Of a DNA stretch of 64,000 nt, positions 12,673 through 24,507 are shown in pieces (the stretch's first letter is position 1; each line of letters opens with the position of its first letter). Position numbers and translations under genes: made by a program. Under the pieces are notes generated by a model. It searched no databases and had not been told where the DNA came from. It saw only the letters and a list, made by a program, of their open reading frames with translations. Origin of the DNA: Atractiella rhizophila. Its lineage: Eukaryota. The DNA is taken from contig MU271222.1 in the NCBI GenBank assembly GCA_021432655.1, forward strand, positions 41,519 to 105,518. The letters are read 5' to 3'.

Positions 12673-14789
12673 ATGGCAATCGCATCACACGCTCCCCAAT
12701 CAAGTCGAAAAGGATATCTGCTTTCTGCTCTCGCCCTCTCTTTTCTCTCACTCGCTTCGACTGTAGACGCAGCACTTCATGAACCTGATGGGAACCAGGT
12801 GCTTTTCGGGGTATGGATCAATCCTGCGGCTGGTACGTCCGTCCTTTCTTGCTCACAATTTCCCTGAAATCTCAACTTGAAGGCTACTCCGATACCCCTG
12901 CTTGGTTTAACGAGCGCCTTGGCCTGTTAGTATCCTGACTATTCTCCTCACCAGTGTTTTGACCACCAAGCAGGAATGTTCCGGTCTTTCAACTCTCCCA
13001 GCCCATCCCCCGGCCCGCCTATGTTCGTACTCTCCATGTGCCGCCGATTGAAAGGAATTTAATGAAGGGACGTATGTGCGTAGGACTACGTTACAGGAGC
13101 GGGAGGGCCAGCACCTGAAGGGTTGATCGAACAGAGTGGAACTGATGCTGTGCGTTCCTTTGTTCCATTGCTGGTCGAACTTCGGAATTGACATATGTTA
13201 GGCAGGCTGTCTTTCTCACTGTTTACCCCACCAGTTTGGATGCTGTGACGGAGGATGACATGAACATTTTAGCACAGCAGATAGCTGATTGTCAGTTTCT
13301 TTTCAGTCACTTATTCAATATTAACGCAAGCCTCCTCTAGATCAGAACCGGACAGTTTTCGTGAGATATGGACCCGAAATGCAGGGAAATTGGTTTGCGT
13401 ATGCCGCATTACTTCAATTGTTGAGCGGCAAAGGTGAAGGTGTTCTATGTGAACAGGTATGGGCGGAAACCGACCGAATATATAGCCCAATGGAAACAGG
13501 TACGGAGCATGTGTGACCGATTTTGCAGAGTTAAGTTTAAGACGCTGTTTACAGGTGTATACCGTCTTGAAAGCGAAAGTGCCAGATGTTATTATGTATG
13601 CATCTGTTTTTGCTTGTGTAGAAACGGACGGTGACGTGGATGTACGCAGGGTGTGGGCACCTAACACTGGACAAGGGTATGATTTCTTTCCTTCTTGAAG
13701 TCACACTTTTACAATATCCACCGTAGCTATCCTTACGATACGGACACAAGCGATATCACGGCTGCCGACCTTACCGTTTTGGACACGAACCAGAACGGGC
13801 AATTAGATGACGGCGATGATCCTTACAGTCCTTACTTCCCAGGAGAGGATTACGTGGATTGGGCGGGATTGTCCATCTGTGCGTCCCTTACATCCCGCAC
13901 TCATAGACAAGGTGACTCAGTGTTCTTTGGGAAGCTCAGACTATAAGGGGACGAATGACGATACTACCAACGTTGTACAAGCAACGGGCTACTGCTCAGG
14001 CGTCTTCGATGGTACTCTTAACGTCGGTAACAACTCGAATTTCTACCAGGATTACTGCGTTCGGTACTCAAGTATTGCTTGCATGGTCCATTTCTACTTG
14101 CCGCCGCCTCCTGCACGCTCTAAAATATGATGGAATAGACATCCGAATCTGGTGCTGCCTATCATGAAGCGGATACAACAGGCGTATCGCGGCTTCAGCT
14201 CCAAACAGGCTGGATTAACGATTGTATCACGAGCGCAACATTTTTGGATAGCCATCCTCGTGTCAAAATGGTAATGCATTTCGAACACGAGAAGAATGAA
14301 ACAGACAACGCAGGAGGGACCGATTTGCGGGATTATCGTATCACCAACGAGTCGGACGTACTCGCCGTTCTTCAAGCTGGTTTCTCGTCGATGAGCGATC
14401 GGTTTTCTTGGTTCGTGTTTCCTGCTTCCATCTCAGGGGCGTCGCAAAAGCATTTAATAAGTGTCAATAAAGGGCGAACGTTCGCGAGATCCCGACTTCT
14501 CTTTCGTCACCCGGTGCCGCTGCGCCGATAACAGATTCCCTAGGGCATACATCTTCCACCCCTCCTCCTGTTATCACCGCTACGACGCGACCTCGAAGTA
14601 GCCAGTTTCCGCTGCTTTTCGGCGACAAGCGTGATCCTACCAAGTCAGACGGAATAATGACTGAGGTTGTGGAGCTAACGACTGTCGTGTTGGCAGGAAT
14701 TGCAGGTATGGCATTCTTTCCTGAAGATTTGTACACCTACAGACGAGCTGTGTGATACAGGAGTTGCTTTCACATTTAGGTGGTTGTGA
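12673..14789 (+). CDS. Secreted or membrane-anchored GH26-like glycoside hydrolase
   Basis: Signal peptide, FGPEMQGNW (acid/base Glu), MVWAPN, DPYSPYFPGEDYVDWAGLS, SESGAAYH (nucleophile), Ser/Thr/Pro linker and hydrophobic C-terminus. TATAAA at 12601. Confidence 0.85.
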
Positions 14790-15507
14790 GGGTGTGAATA
14801 CTTCTGGCACGATCCTGGTAGAACAGTGTTGAGACTGGTCCTTGAGAACCTTAAGATGATGGACGTGAGTTGGCGTTTAATCGATTATTGTGTATACGGG
14901 CTTTGGTCTTAGTGAAAGTAGTAACCGCTATACCTGTGTGAGCTGATCTAAAGCTATGACATTCCATCCAGAAACAATGTTTACAAACCTTCTTTCACCT
15001 GTATCCACTGCAACACATGAGTTGGAGAGTGAAATGGTTCTCTTGGGATATTAGGAGAGCTGCAGTAATCAGGTGAATCCCTACAGGTTGTGTCCTTAAG
15101 TGCAGGTCTACGCTGTCGCAACTAGAACTGTGAAGATTGTTGCACAGAGAGAACAATGTTTTTCCGGCCTTATTCCACGAATCTTCGCTTCATACGTTCT
15201 AATGTTATGAGGGTGAAGCGTGATGATTAATGAAGCTCTCAACTCTAACGTCTTAACTATTACACTGAGGTTTCTCTCCACTTTCGGCAAGCAAAGCCGA
15301 TGTCTCCTCGAGGAAAGTAATTGGCAATAATTCCAATGGGTCAATACAAACATACAAACTCAAATTGCGGATTGAAACGACACGAAACGACATAGTGACA
15401 TCACTCAGTTCTGAGTAGTTCAAGAAGGGGAGAAGCCAGTTGAAATTAATTCAAGGCGTCGCTTAAAGCTGTCTCGGCTTATCTTTCACTTAGGATCCTC
15501 AGGAGCC

Positions 15508-16263
15508 ATGCAGCCATCAGAGGCGAGCAACAACTTGGAGTTCTCCCCTGAAGATTGGTCACAGGAAGAACTTGCCAATGCTTTGAGTAACTTCAACACT
15601 AACTTCAACACACTTCAGTTCACCAATGGTTTGCCACCCGAGGCATTCCAAGCCGCTCCGAATGCTACTAGTTCCTATGTGGATAGCATTTTTTCCGGTC
15701 CGCCTTTTATTGTTATCTCGTGAAGTTACCGTCGAGTATTGACAAACTGTTGATCCTGTCAGATCCCGCTTCTGATCCTTCATCCGAAGTCTCTTCGAAC
15801 TTCATGAATACGCTTGCTGAAGGTGAAATAGAACCGGAGGAAGCTACGAGAAAGGTAGGCAGGCGTGGGCGGTAATCGACATTCAGCATTCAATGAGATC
15901 ACCTGCAGGAACGACCCGATGGCAGTGGAGAGTACCGATTTCCGAATGGTGAGACAAGAGAGGAAAGGATGCAGAAGAACAGGATATCAGCTGCAAAGTC
16001 GAGGAAGAAGAGGAAGGCCTGGATCGACGGTCTGAGTGAGAGTGCGTTCTTTGATGCTGCTACTCTGCCTCACCTTCTGAACCTTGTTGTCTGTCATTCG
16101 CGTAGAGGTGGACGAGCTTCAAACTGAGAACATCAAACTTAAGACAATCATCGAAGGTCTTAAGCAGGAAAAGGATGTGATGAACCGCGACCTATCGGTC
16201 TGCAACCACCAGAGTCACATTTGTGCTGATTGCCTCAAGACCACCTCGAATGAGAATATCTGA
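15508..16263 (+). CDS. ATF/CREB-like bZIP transcription factor, paralog 1
   Basis: Basic region ERMQKNRISAAKSRKKRKAWI, zipper L..KVDELQTENIKLKT, tail CNHQSHICADC; stop at 16261-16263. Confidence 0.88.
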
Positions 16264-18008
16264 ACATTTGTGAGCCCTCAAACAATGCATGCTCTCCGTC
16301 TTTAGCCCAGCTCACTTGGATGTAGGTGCCCTTCTTTGCAGTGTCCAACATTGATGTTTGCCATACCACGCACAGTTTTCCGTTTTTCCATGCACTTTCC
16401 TTCCTGCTCTTCTATCTCTCCATGGAGGGCAATGCCTTCATTCCGAACAGGATTTATCGACACATTTTGCGTTCTCAGATTTGCCACTTTGCCTCTGTCT
16501 CACTGTATTTTGTACCATCGTCATGCCACTTCACGCTTTGAACGTTTGAACCGCGGCCAAATGTTCCCTCATGTAGCGAACAGCTACATCGCGAAGACAC
16601 TCGAATTCAACTCTCTGCTTCTTTGGTTTCTTTATTTGTCATCTCGTCGCTCTCAAGATGTCCACGAGTTTTTATTCAATATATTCCTACAACTAGTCGA
16701 AGAGTATTAACGACGGAAAACAGGCGTCGGCTGTCTGTGAACCAGGACGTCGACCAGGTGCCATACTACCATCCTAAAGTTCTGCTGATGATTGCATGCT
16801 GGAAGCTTCCAACGTCTAATCTCCTCGACAGCCGCCGAGCCCATTGGCAGGTCCAGTTTGCGTAGTCCCCATCGCCCTGAAGTTATATGCGAAATAGATC
16901 AGCGTGACCTCTTTGATGACCTCAAATGACTGCTCGTGATGCGCGAACTGGATATGAGATCATCGACGATGTCGATTGTCATTAAGGAAGGGAGGAGAGA
17001 AGGAACGGCGGGTTCGTCAGGCCATGGTCCGAGCGACTGTCTGCAGGAAGGAGGAATGAGAGGCTCTGCCTTGTGGTGCACTCAATGTGTGAGAGATTCC
17101 ATTTGCCTGAGAGACACGAAAGAGATGGGCTGTTTCTGGACGTGACGTGTTCCTTCACAAGATCTAGTTTGGAAGCGTTGCTTCCATCTCCTTATTGTTA
17201 TCAAACTTGGGCAAACCAAAGAAGTCAATGGTGAGTACAACAGTGACATTAGATATTGAGAAGTGGAGATTATTGCTCGCTTTATAATACTTTCATTCCT
17301 AGAGCTTGTCGATTCTGAAGCTCTTAGGGAGACTTTCAAGTCACAACTCGAAATCCTTTAACCTCCCCTGTAACAAGAGCAGGAGTAAACGAACTATTCA
17401 CATACCTATTTCCAGCGGACAGACGAATACCTTTAACTTTGCTCAACATTTCCACTCCTCTCACCGCCTTTGAAGCCAAGAAAACATTCATTTCTGCACT
17501 TCTTCGCGTGCACTAAGTTCAAGTAGATGCATGGAAAGACTTTTTATGGAATGATGAAATCTAAATTCATCACCAGCACAAATAGGCAGCTAGGAGAAGC
17601 TCATGCAATTCTCCATGAACATGTCACACCCATCCCAAGGAGCCGCTTTCAAATTAGCAAATTTCGCATGACCCTCGCGTCAACTCTGCACTATTGAAGT
17701 GCAATTTTCAACAAAGCTGTCCACGCGTCCACATACCACTTGAGGGATTCATGCAATACTGACTTGCATCTGTTCAAGTTCTGATCTCGCTTTTGACAAC
17801 TTTGATCATGATCAATGTGGTAGTTCAGGATCAATTCACTGTTCTTATTCAGTAACGACGACATCATGACATCCTTCTCCGCCTGTCATACTCCCAAAGT
17901 TTCGCCAACGCTTCCACTTCGCCGACGTCGCCTGCCTCCACAAGCCAGCCACACCTTGCCAACGCTTAACAATTTTTTCAGCAGAGACTTGGTTGTTCAG
18001 AGCTCAGC

Positions 18009-18739
18009 ATGCAACCAACGGGTGATCCTCCCCCTCAGTTGAACCCAGACGATTATAATTTCATGCCGGACATTCATACCCTGCAATACACGCCACCTGA
18101 AGGTTTTCAGGGAACGCCGATCGCTCAAGATGCCTACTTTACTGGCAACTTTGTCGGTAAGTCTTACTGGCGATGGTTGGCAAAGGGTAATGGGAATGTT
18201 TGACTGCCCAGTTCCCCCTCTCAGTCCGATGTCTTTACCTGGGCATTCCCTCGCTCAACAACAGTCGGATAATGCTATGTATGGACATCCCTTTTCTTCC
18301 TTTAGGATCTGAAAGTGTAACCGTTACTTCGGACGATTCCTTCTCTAACCCCTTCCTCTTCGCTGTCCTCTCGATTTACATCAAAGTGAGAAGGCAAAAC
18401 CTCCCAAGTTCGGTGATACGAAAGAAGAGAGGTTGGAAAAGAATAGGATATCGGCTGCGAAGTCGAGACAGAAGAAGAAGGCGTGGATCGAGAATCTTAG
18501 CGATAGTCTGTCTTCATTCTCCTCCCTTTCTGGCAAAACACTCCCTACCCGATGCCGGTTTCTGATAGCCTGATTCTACAGAGGTAGAAGAACTCCAAAT
18601 CGAGAACGTCAAACTTAGGACGATTGTGGAAGGTCTCAGGCACGAAAGGGATATCATGCGCTATGACCTCTCCACCGTGCGCACGGCGTGTTCTCATCAT
18701 CAGCACGCTTCCTGTAGCTGCCGAGGGCAAACTAGGTAA
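18009..18739 (+). CDS. ATF/CREB-like bZIP transcription factor, paralog 2
   Basis: ERLEKNRISAAKSRQKKKAWIENLSDKVEELQIENVKLRT, with the same intron position as paralog 1; tail CSHHQHASCSC; stop at 18737-18739. Confidence 0.88.
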
Positions 18740-19170
18740 TCAGATCGTAGAACGTGGGGTTCGTCCTCCTGCATCTCTCTGACTCAAACTCACTGAATCC
18801 ATCAAGTTTCGTAATACTTTCCAGCTCCAACTACAATGATCTTACTCTTCTTCTTTTTCGATATATGTTCCATTTAAGTACCTTAAGCCTTTCTTACTCA
18901 ATGTTGGATCTCGATTCAGTTAGTGTTTCGTACCAAGGCTAGGCTTTTACCATTCTCCACACGTCTGACCAGTTCGACCCAAAAGACCATGCGCGCCGAA
19001 AGACCAACTTTTGCCTGTGTTACAATACGTTTGTCTTTCACCACAGTTTCTGCTGCTTGGCTTAGGGATTCGACAAAGACTGTAACTGCAGTGCTTCCCA
19101 ACTCTCAATAACCGAATAGTGATCAGCACCCTACAGATCTTAAAACAAAGTAGCATGCAACACAAAACCT

Positions 19171-20525
19171 TTACGCCGTCTCCCCCTTCCCTTCCACGCC
19201 GAGAAACCTCCTCATCTCCTCCTTCACATGCTCCTCTTCCCCCTCTTCCATCCGTTCGAATCTCACCAAGTCCTCCTCCACACCGACCCTCGTCAGTCCC
19301 TTCGGAGCATTCCCAAACGGTCGGTCATAGAGCGTGGAGTCGGACATGGAGAGGGAAGCGGATTGGGAGGCGAGTTTGGTGAAGAGCGTTGGGTTGTTGC
19401 GGTACATCCTATAGGCAGGGCAGGGGTCAGTTGTTGAACGGACATGGGAAAAACGACAGAATTTTCATAACGATGTAGAGCAATAAAGTCCGCTTCCAGA
19501 GAAGCAATTAAGTTTGAAAAAGTTCCTCTAGCTCAGTCTACGACATCCTGAGCAGCAATTCAAGCCCACCGAGGACTACCGGGCTTCCTGCTCCTCCAGA
19601 AAGCCGTCAACCAAAGAAAACATAGATCCAATGCGGCGTGACCTGATCAACGTCCGATAGCTTCCCCATTGCTGGAGCAAGCATATTTTGTATGCAAACC
19701 GTGATAAAAATGAAGAGCAAGTCGGAGAAGTCATCATGAAGAGCCGACGCACCGATATGCCTCCAAATTCGCGCATCCCCTTTCAACCAGTCCCTCCAGT
19801 CCGTTTCTCTTAAAACTCGCCTTCAAAAAGTGCAGGATATGGAACAAAAAATCCTTCCTCGGTCTCCATCGTGGGAACCTGCTCTCAAGGTTAAACCTCC
19901 CAGTAGAAGGGTCAATGAGAGGATGGAAGACGTTCGTAAGGGAAGTTAAAGTGGGAAGAACTGTTGGGGATGGGTACGATGATGGGATGGAGAGCGTGAA
20001 GCGGAGCAGGGAAGGTGAGTAGTACCCTCTGTGTAAGAAGAGGATGATGTGCCAGACTGCGACAGGAAGTGGTTTGTGAGTTGCAGAATTGAAACGCTGG
20101 AAGGGATGATGGCGAACACTTACCGTTGATATTCCCTTTTTCCGGCATAACATACATGCCTAGAGGGAGATGTTGAGGTTTGTCCAGAGCAGCACTTTCC
20201 ATGAATATTCCATCAGCCTACTTCATGACAGATTGCAGAGAGGAAAAGAACAGCTTTTAAAACGTGTGCAAGTAAACATTTATGGACTCTATCCATTTAT
20301 TCGTAGTAACAATGGATGTTCAAGCCACGAGAAGTCAACTACTCAGCCTAACGACAGCATTAAAGCTTTTGCATTTCACATCTTCTATTACGCGACATGC
20401 ATGAACCGACACAATAGAGACAAGTTGGGATCATTCACGTAGAAGTTCCATCCAACGAAGCAGAATTATCTGAACAAAGCAAAAGAAGAGACATACAACT
20501 CCATCATCACTTCTTGTCTACTCAT
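19171..20525 (-). CDS. AKTIP/FTS-like inactive ubiquitin-conjugating (UEV) protein
   Basis: Spliced MSRQEVMMEFAALDKPQHLPLGMYVMP...WHIILFLHRGYY...VFHPLID..G.FNL (no catalytic Cys)...NLEAYRMYRNN. Introns at 20195-20496, ~20067-20123 and 19409-19752. The start could extend upstream. Confidence 0.82.
19530..19742 (-). ncRNA. Candidate intronic box C/D snoRNA
   Basis: Inside the 344-bp intron: C box ATGATGA (19737-19731) and D box CTGA (19536-19533), with CTCT/AGAG flanks. Target not identified. Confidence 0.45.
20262..20441 (-). ncRNA. Candidate intronic H/ACA snoRNA
   Basis: Inside the 302-bp intron: stem TACGTGA/TCGCGTA, then H box ATAGAA (20388-20383), then a second hairpin closed by GCAA/TTGC, ACA (20267-20265), 3 nt and a T-run. 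Confidence 0.42.
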
Positions 20526-21527
20526 CTTTGCGTTTTTGTCTGAAGGATCTTGTACCACTCCACACCTCACTAAACGCCACGTTCGGTTATCTAGTTCGCT
20601 GGCAAGCTTGAAGTTGACGAGTGAAAGTGCAAGGCTTACAGATGCTCAGGGGCTAAAACTTTACCATGTAACCACCGGGGGCTAACGAGGTGTTCAGACC
20701 CTTTTGAAGGCAAAACCGGCAAAACGAACGTTGGCTATAAACGCTGTAGCCGTCGAGGAAGCTGTCCATTTGAATCTCTGTTGGGAAATCAATGTGACCA
20801 AATATTATTTGTAACCTGGAAGAGTTCTGTCCGACACGACGAAAGCGGTGAGTGTCACCATCATCAATGCCTTCAGGTGACATGAGGAAGCACAAGAAGG
20901 ATTTGGAAGGTACTGATAGTGCATGCTTCGCGATTGACTTCTTTGACGGAAAATTAACTGAGCTAGCTACTGTATTCACGCGATCGCCCACCAGAGGACC
21001 ACTTTTCTCCCGTCCCTGGCAATAGGCGTTGACATCTTTGTTGTGCGTGAAGTGAAGACGCTCGCAGAGCCTAGCACGCACTCACCTTACATGTGGATGT
21101 GATCAGCGATGGGGAGCAACTTCACTTCGAGTTCGTCTTGAGCTGCATCCCCTTTCCTCCCTTTCGCAACACAGAGTGTAAATAGCACTAATACACATTA
21201 TTATACGCCACCCATACCCATACCTCGCACTTCATTATCACAACTTTCTTCCTACTGCACGGTTAAATTGAATATTCTTTCCAGTCTCAGTGTGCGTTGA
21301 TGTTTTGCTTCTGTTCGGCTTGTTGACACCCACTCCTCATGCTGCACAGAGACTTTCTATCTCTGCCGAAAGGTTGGCAATCAAGCCCGCTTCTAGTCTC
21401 CGTAACGCATGCAACCATGGCCGTCGAGCCTATCTCGTGATTAATATGTGGTGGCCTTTGAGCGAATGACAATTCTTCCCTTTTCGATTCTCTAAAGCTC
21501 TGGACCGGTATATATTGATAGTTTAGG

Positions 21528-23350
21528 ATGAAGCATCTATATCCACCTACATTCCTCTCTTTTTCCAAGTTCAGCTTGCTGTCGCTCTTTTTTGATACAG
21601 TGCTTGCAGTTTTGAGGACAGAAATTGTCGATGACATTGTCAGTGATCCCCACCCCTCGGTGTCTTATCAAGGGGTACGTCTCTCTTCAGGACTGTCAAG
21701 GGAAGCGACTGATGGAATTTTTCGATGAAGAAATGGACAAACAATCCAGCCCATCCGGATCTCTACTACAATCAAACAGCCCACCACGCCGCCAACGAAG
21801 GGTCCATGGTGACGCTACGCTTTAATGGAACTGTTCGTCCTCTCCCTCTTCATCCTCCTTTCCTCCTGCCCTTTTTCATACTCAAACCCTCCGTCTTTGC
21901 ACAGGAAGTTCACTACGTCGGTGTAAGGAACACAGATCACGGTTCTCTATCCTGCACTCTCGACGGTGGCCAAACGACGACAGTCAACGGGAAAGGGACA
22001 TTCGAGGCGCATTCAAATTTGTGTTCTTTCTCTGCGTTGGACAACGAGACTGAACACTCCCTGGTGGTGAAGAATGAGGGAGGAGGTAGCATGGACATCG
22101 ATTACTTTCTTGTCACTTTCGATGATAGGACGGAGGTGTTACAGCAGAGCTTGACGGATGACCAGATCAGGAACCAAGGGTTTAAGAGGACTGTGTCGGT
22201 GGATGATCGCGATCCAAGCATTGTCTACGAAGGGGTACGGGGTGCTTGTTCGATTTCGGAGGGTGACTGATGAAAGGGATGAAGGTGTGGGAAGCGAAGG
22301 ACCACCTGAGCTTCTTCAACCATTCAACACACACTGCCAACACCACTGGTGCACGAGCGACCATAACATTTCAAGGAGCTTCAGTAAGTTCGTCCCTTCT
22401 TTTCCTAATCTCTCTCGGGCTCTTCCTGCTCTATTCTACTTGCATGACCCAACCCTCTTCGCAAAGTAGGCAATCTCTTTCTTGGGTTCCACGAAAGCAG
22501 ATCATGGCCTTGGAACGTGCGAGATTGAAGGCGGCCCACGATCCACGTTCAACGGAAGCGCTGCTACACAGGGATACACGCGGGTGTTCTGTGGATTTGA
22601 TGGATTGGATCCTACGCAGGAACATGTACTCCATGTTGTGAACTTGGAAGATAAGTTTCTCGATGTCGATCTCTTCTTGTTGCGTTTCTTTGTCTACCCT
22701 TGCGCTTTTGAATTGAAGAATAGCAGGTTGACAATTGATTACTATCCACCTTCGACCGGGGGGAAGAACGAAGAGAGTGGGAGTGCAGACGGCAGTGAAG
22801 CTAGTAGCAGCAATTCGGGATCTCCAGTCGGTGCAATTGTGGGAGGCGTGTCTTCTTTCCTCAGCTCGGTTTTATATCACGAACTAACCACCATCTTCAA
22901 GGCGTAATCGGGGGTCTAGCTGTCATCGTTCTCTCCATCTTCCTCTATCGTCGACACAAAAGCTCGCATAAACGAATTTGGTCCCATCAGGAAGACTCAA
23001 CTGCAGTCCTAGGCACGATTGAAAAGCCTTTTACCCCGTCACCATTCACTCCCCCGCCTTCAAGTCAAACAGGTACAGGAAGCATCATCTCCTTCGGCGG
23101 CATGGAGAAATACTACGCAGGCGGGATGGGAGTTTATGGGTACAACGCAGACAGTGGAACAAACGATGTACGCAACGCTCACCAATTGCGATCGTCGCCA
23201 CCTGGCAGCTCGAGGCTCAGTGGTCTTAGCGTTCCGGGTGGTGGAATAGAGCAGAGGAGAAGGAGCGAGAGTGGTTATGGAGGAGACCCCATCCCATCAC
23301 AATTTCCTGAAATTCAGGATTGGCATGGGAATATGGGACGGAGTCGCTAG
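21528..23350 (+). CDS. Type I membrane protein with two 'VDD...I.Y.G.W' extracellular beta-sandwich-type repeats
   Basis: Signal peptide; repeats IVDD..SVSYQG / VDDRDPSIVYEG ending DIDYF / DVDLF; TM segment VGAIVGGVIGGLAVIVLSIFLY followed by RRHK; low-complexity cytoplasmic tail. Confidence 0.78.
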
Positions 23351-24507
23351 AGAGATAAGCAACAATCTGAAACTTGGATGAGGTTTGCGAATTTGCATTG
23401 TTTTTTCGTTACTTATCTATCTACACGCTGTTTGTCGCTGTAAGAACGTGAATTCTGGTCTGAGTCAGATACAGAAATGTTGGCGTTTGCGTTCACAACA
23501 CTTGTGCCAACTAGAAACTGAATAGGAATCGAAACACTCTGAAACTACAGAGACACGATCGCCTTCTTCAACTATCGCATTCTTTCAGCTGTTGCCCTAT
23601 ATCTCCAAGCAGTGCTCTGACTTTTGGCTGGCTTCTACAGTAGCTCGGCTAGGGGGATCAGTTTGTGCGAGCAGAGTGCATGGTTGCTTTGTGAAATAGC
23701 CATCGCATCTGCCCACTGCTTAGGCACCAAAGGGGATTGGACGGTCACAGCGTTCATCCTGGCTTGTCTGTAGCGCTGCTCGCCATTGGGCAACTCGAAA
23801 CTTAGGGGACTCAGCGCTCTTTCTAGTAGTGTAGATGAATGGAGAGGAGAGGAGATCTCGTCATGCCCATCCATAGCACCCATCGTAGTTTCTGGAGAGG
23901 GAGAGAGAGACTGATGATTCGCATAGGGGACACGGAATGACGGATTACTTATAAAGATAAGTCAGGATTTTCGAGTTTCCCAAAGTTCATTAATTATCTT
24001 GTCGTGTTTGTCTTGTTGACTGAGGAAACAGATTCTAGAGGATTGTAGGGTGGTCTTCGATCACGGTGAGCGACGAATGAGTAAGTGAACCACCAGCTGA
24101 ACAAAGCGAAAACCTTCATTTTCATTTATTCGAAACAAAGGTCGAGGACGACACGGAAGTCCTGACGGAAGTTGCGACGATGCATCCAGTCACGGTATTG
24201 GGAGTCAGAGAAGTAGAAGGAGAAACATTGACAGCTGGCGAAGGTTGGCCACAGCGGTACACAATTGTCAGAGCCACTAGTATTCCGCTCGACAGCTTCA
24301 CCGCGGACGTTTTGCCGATCTAGTGTCATTCGTGAGCGCTCCACTTCGTCTGTGATTGAGTTCTAACTTCTCTCTACTTTCTTCTGCTCCCCGACCATAG
24401 TCGCGAAGCATGCCGTGTCTAGGTCTTGATGTGGGTCCCGGGGACCCTCCAGCAAGGCTTTAAAGCAGCCCAATGTCCTACTTGGGCGGAATCAGGAGTA
24501 GCAGAAG

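Noticed and set aside
20653..21081. 142-aa ORF as a gene or transposon relic
   Set aside because: No domain motifs or terminal repeats recognised.
23635..23883. ELPNGE...MNAV similarity to the UIM protein (~32565-32600)
   Set aside because: Ten residues with a gap and no flanking similarity; probably coincidence.
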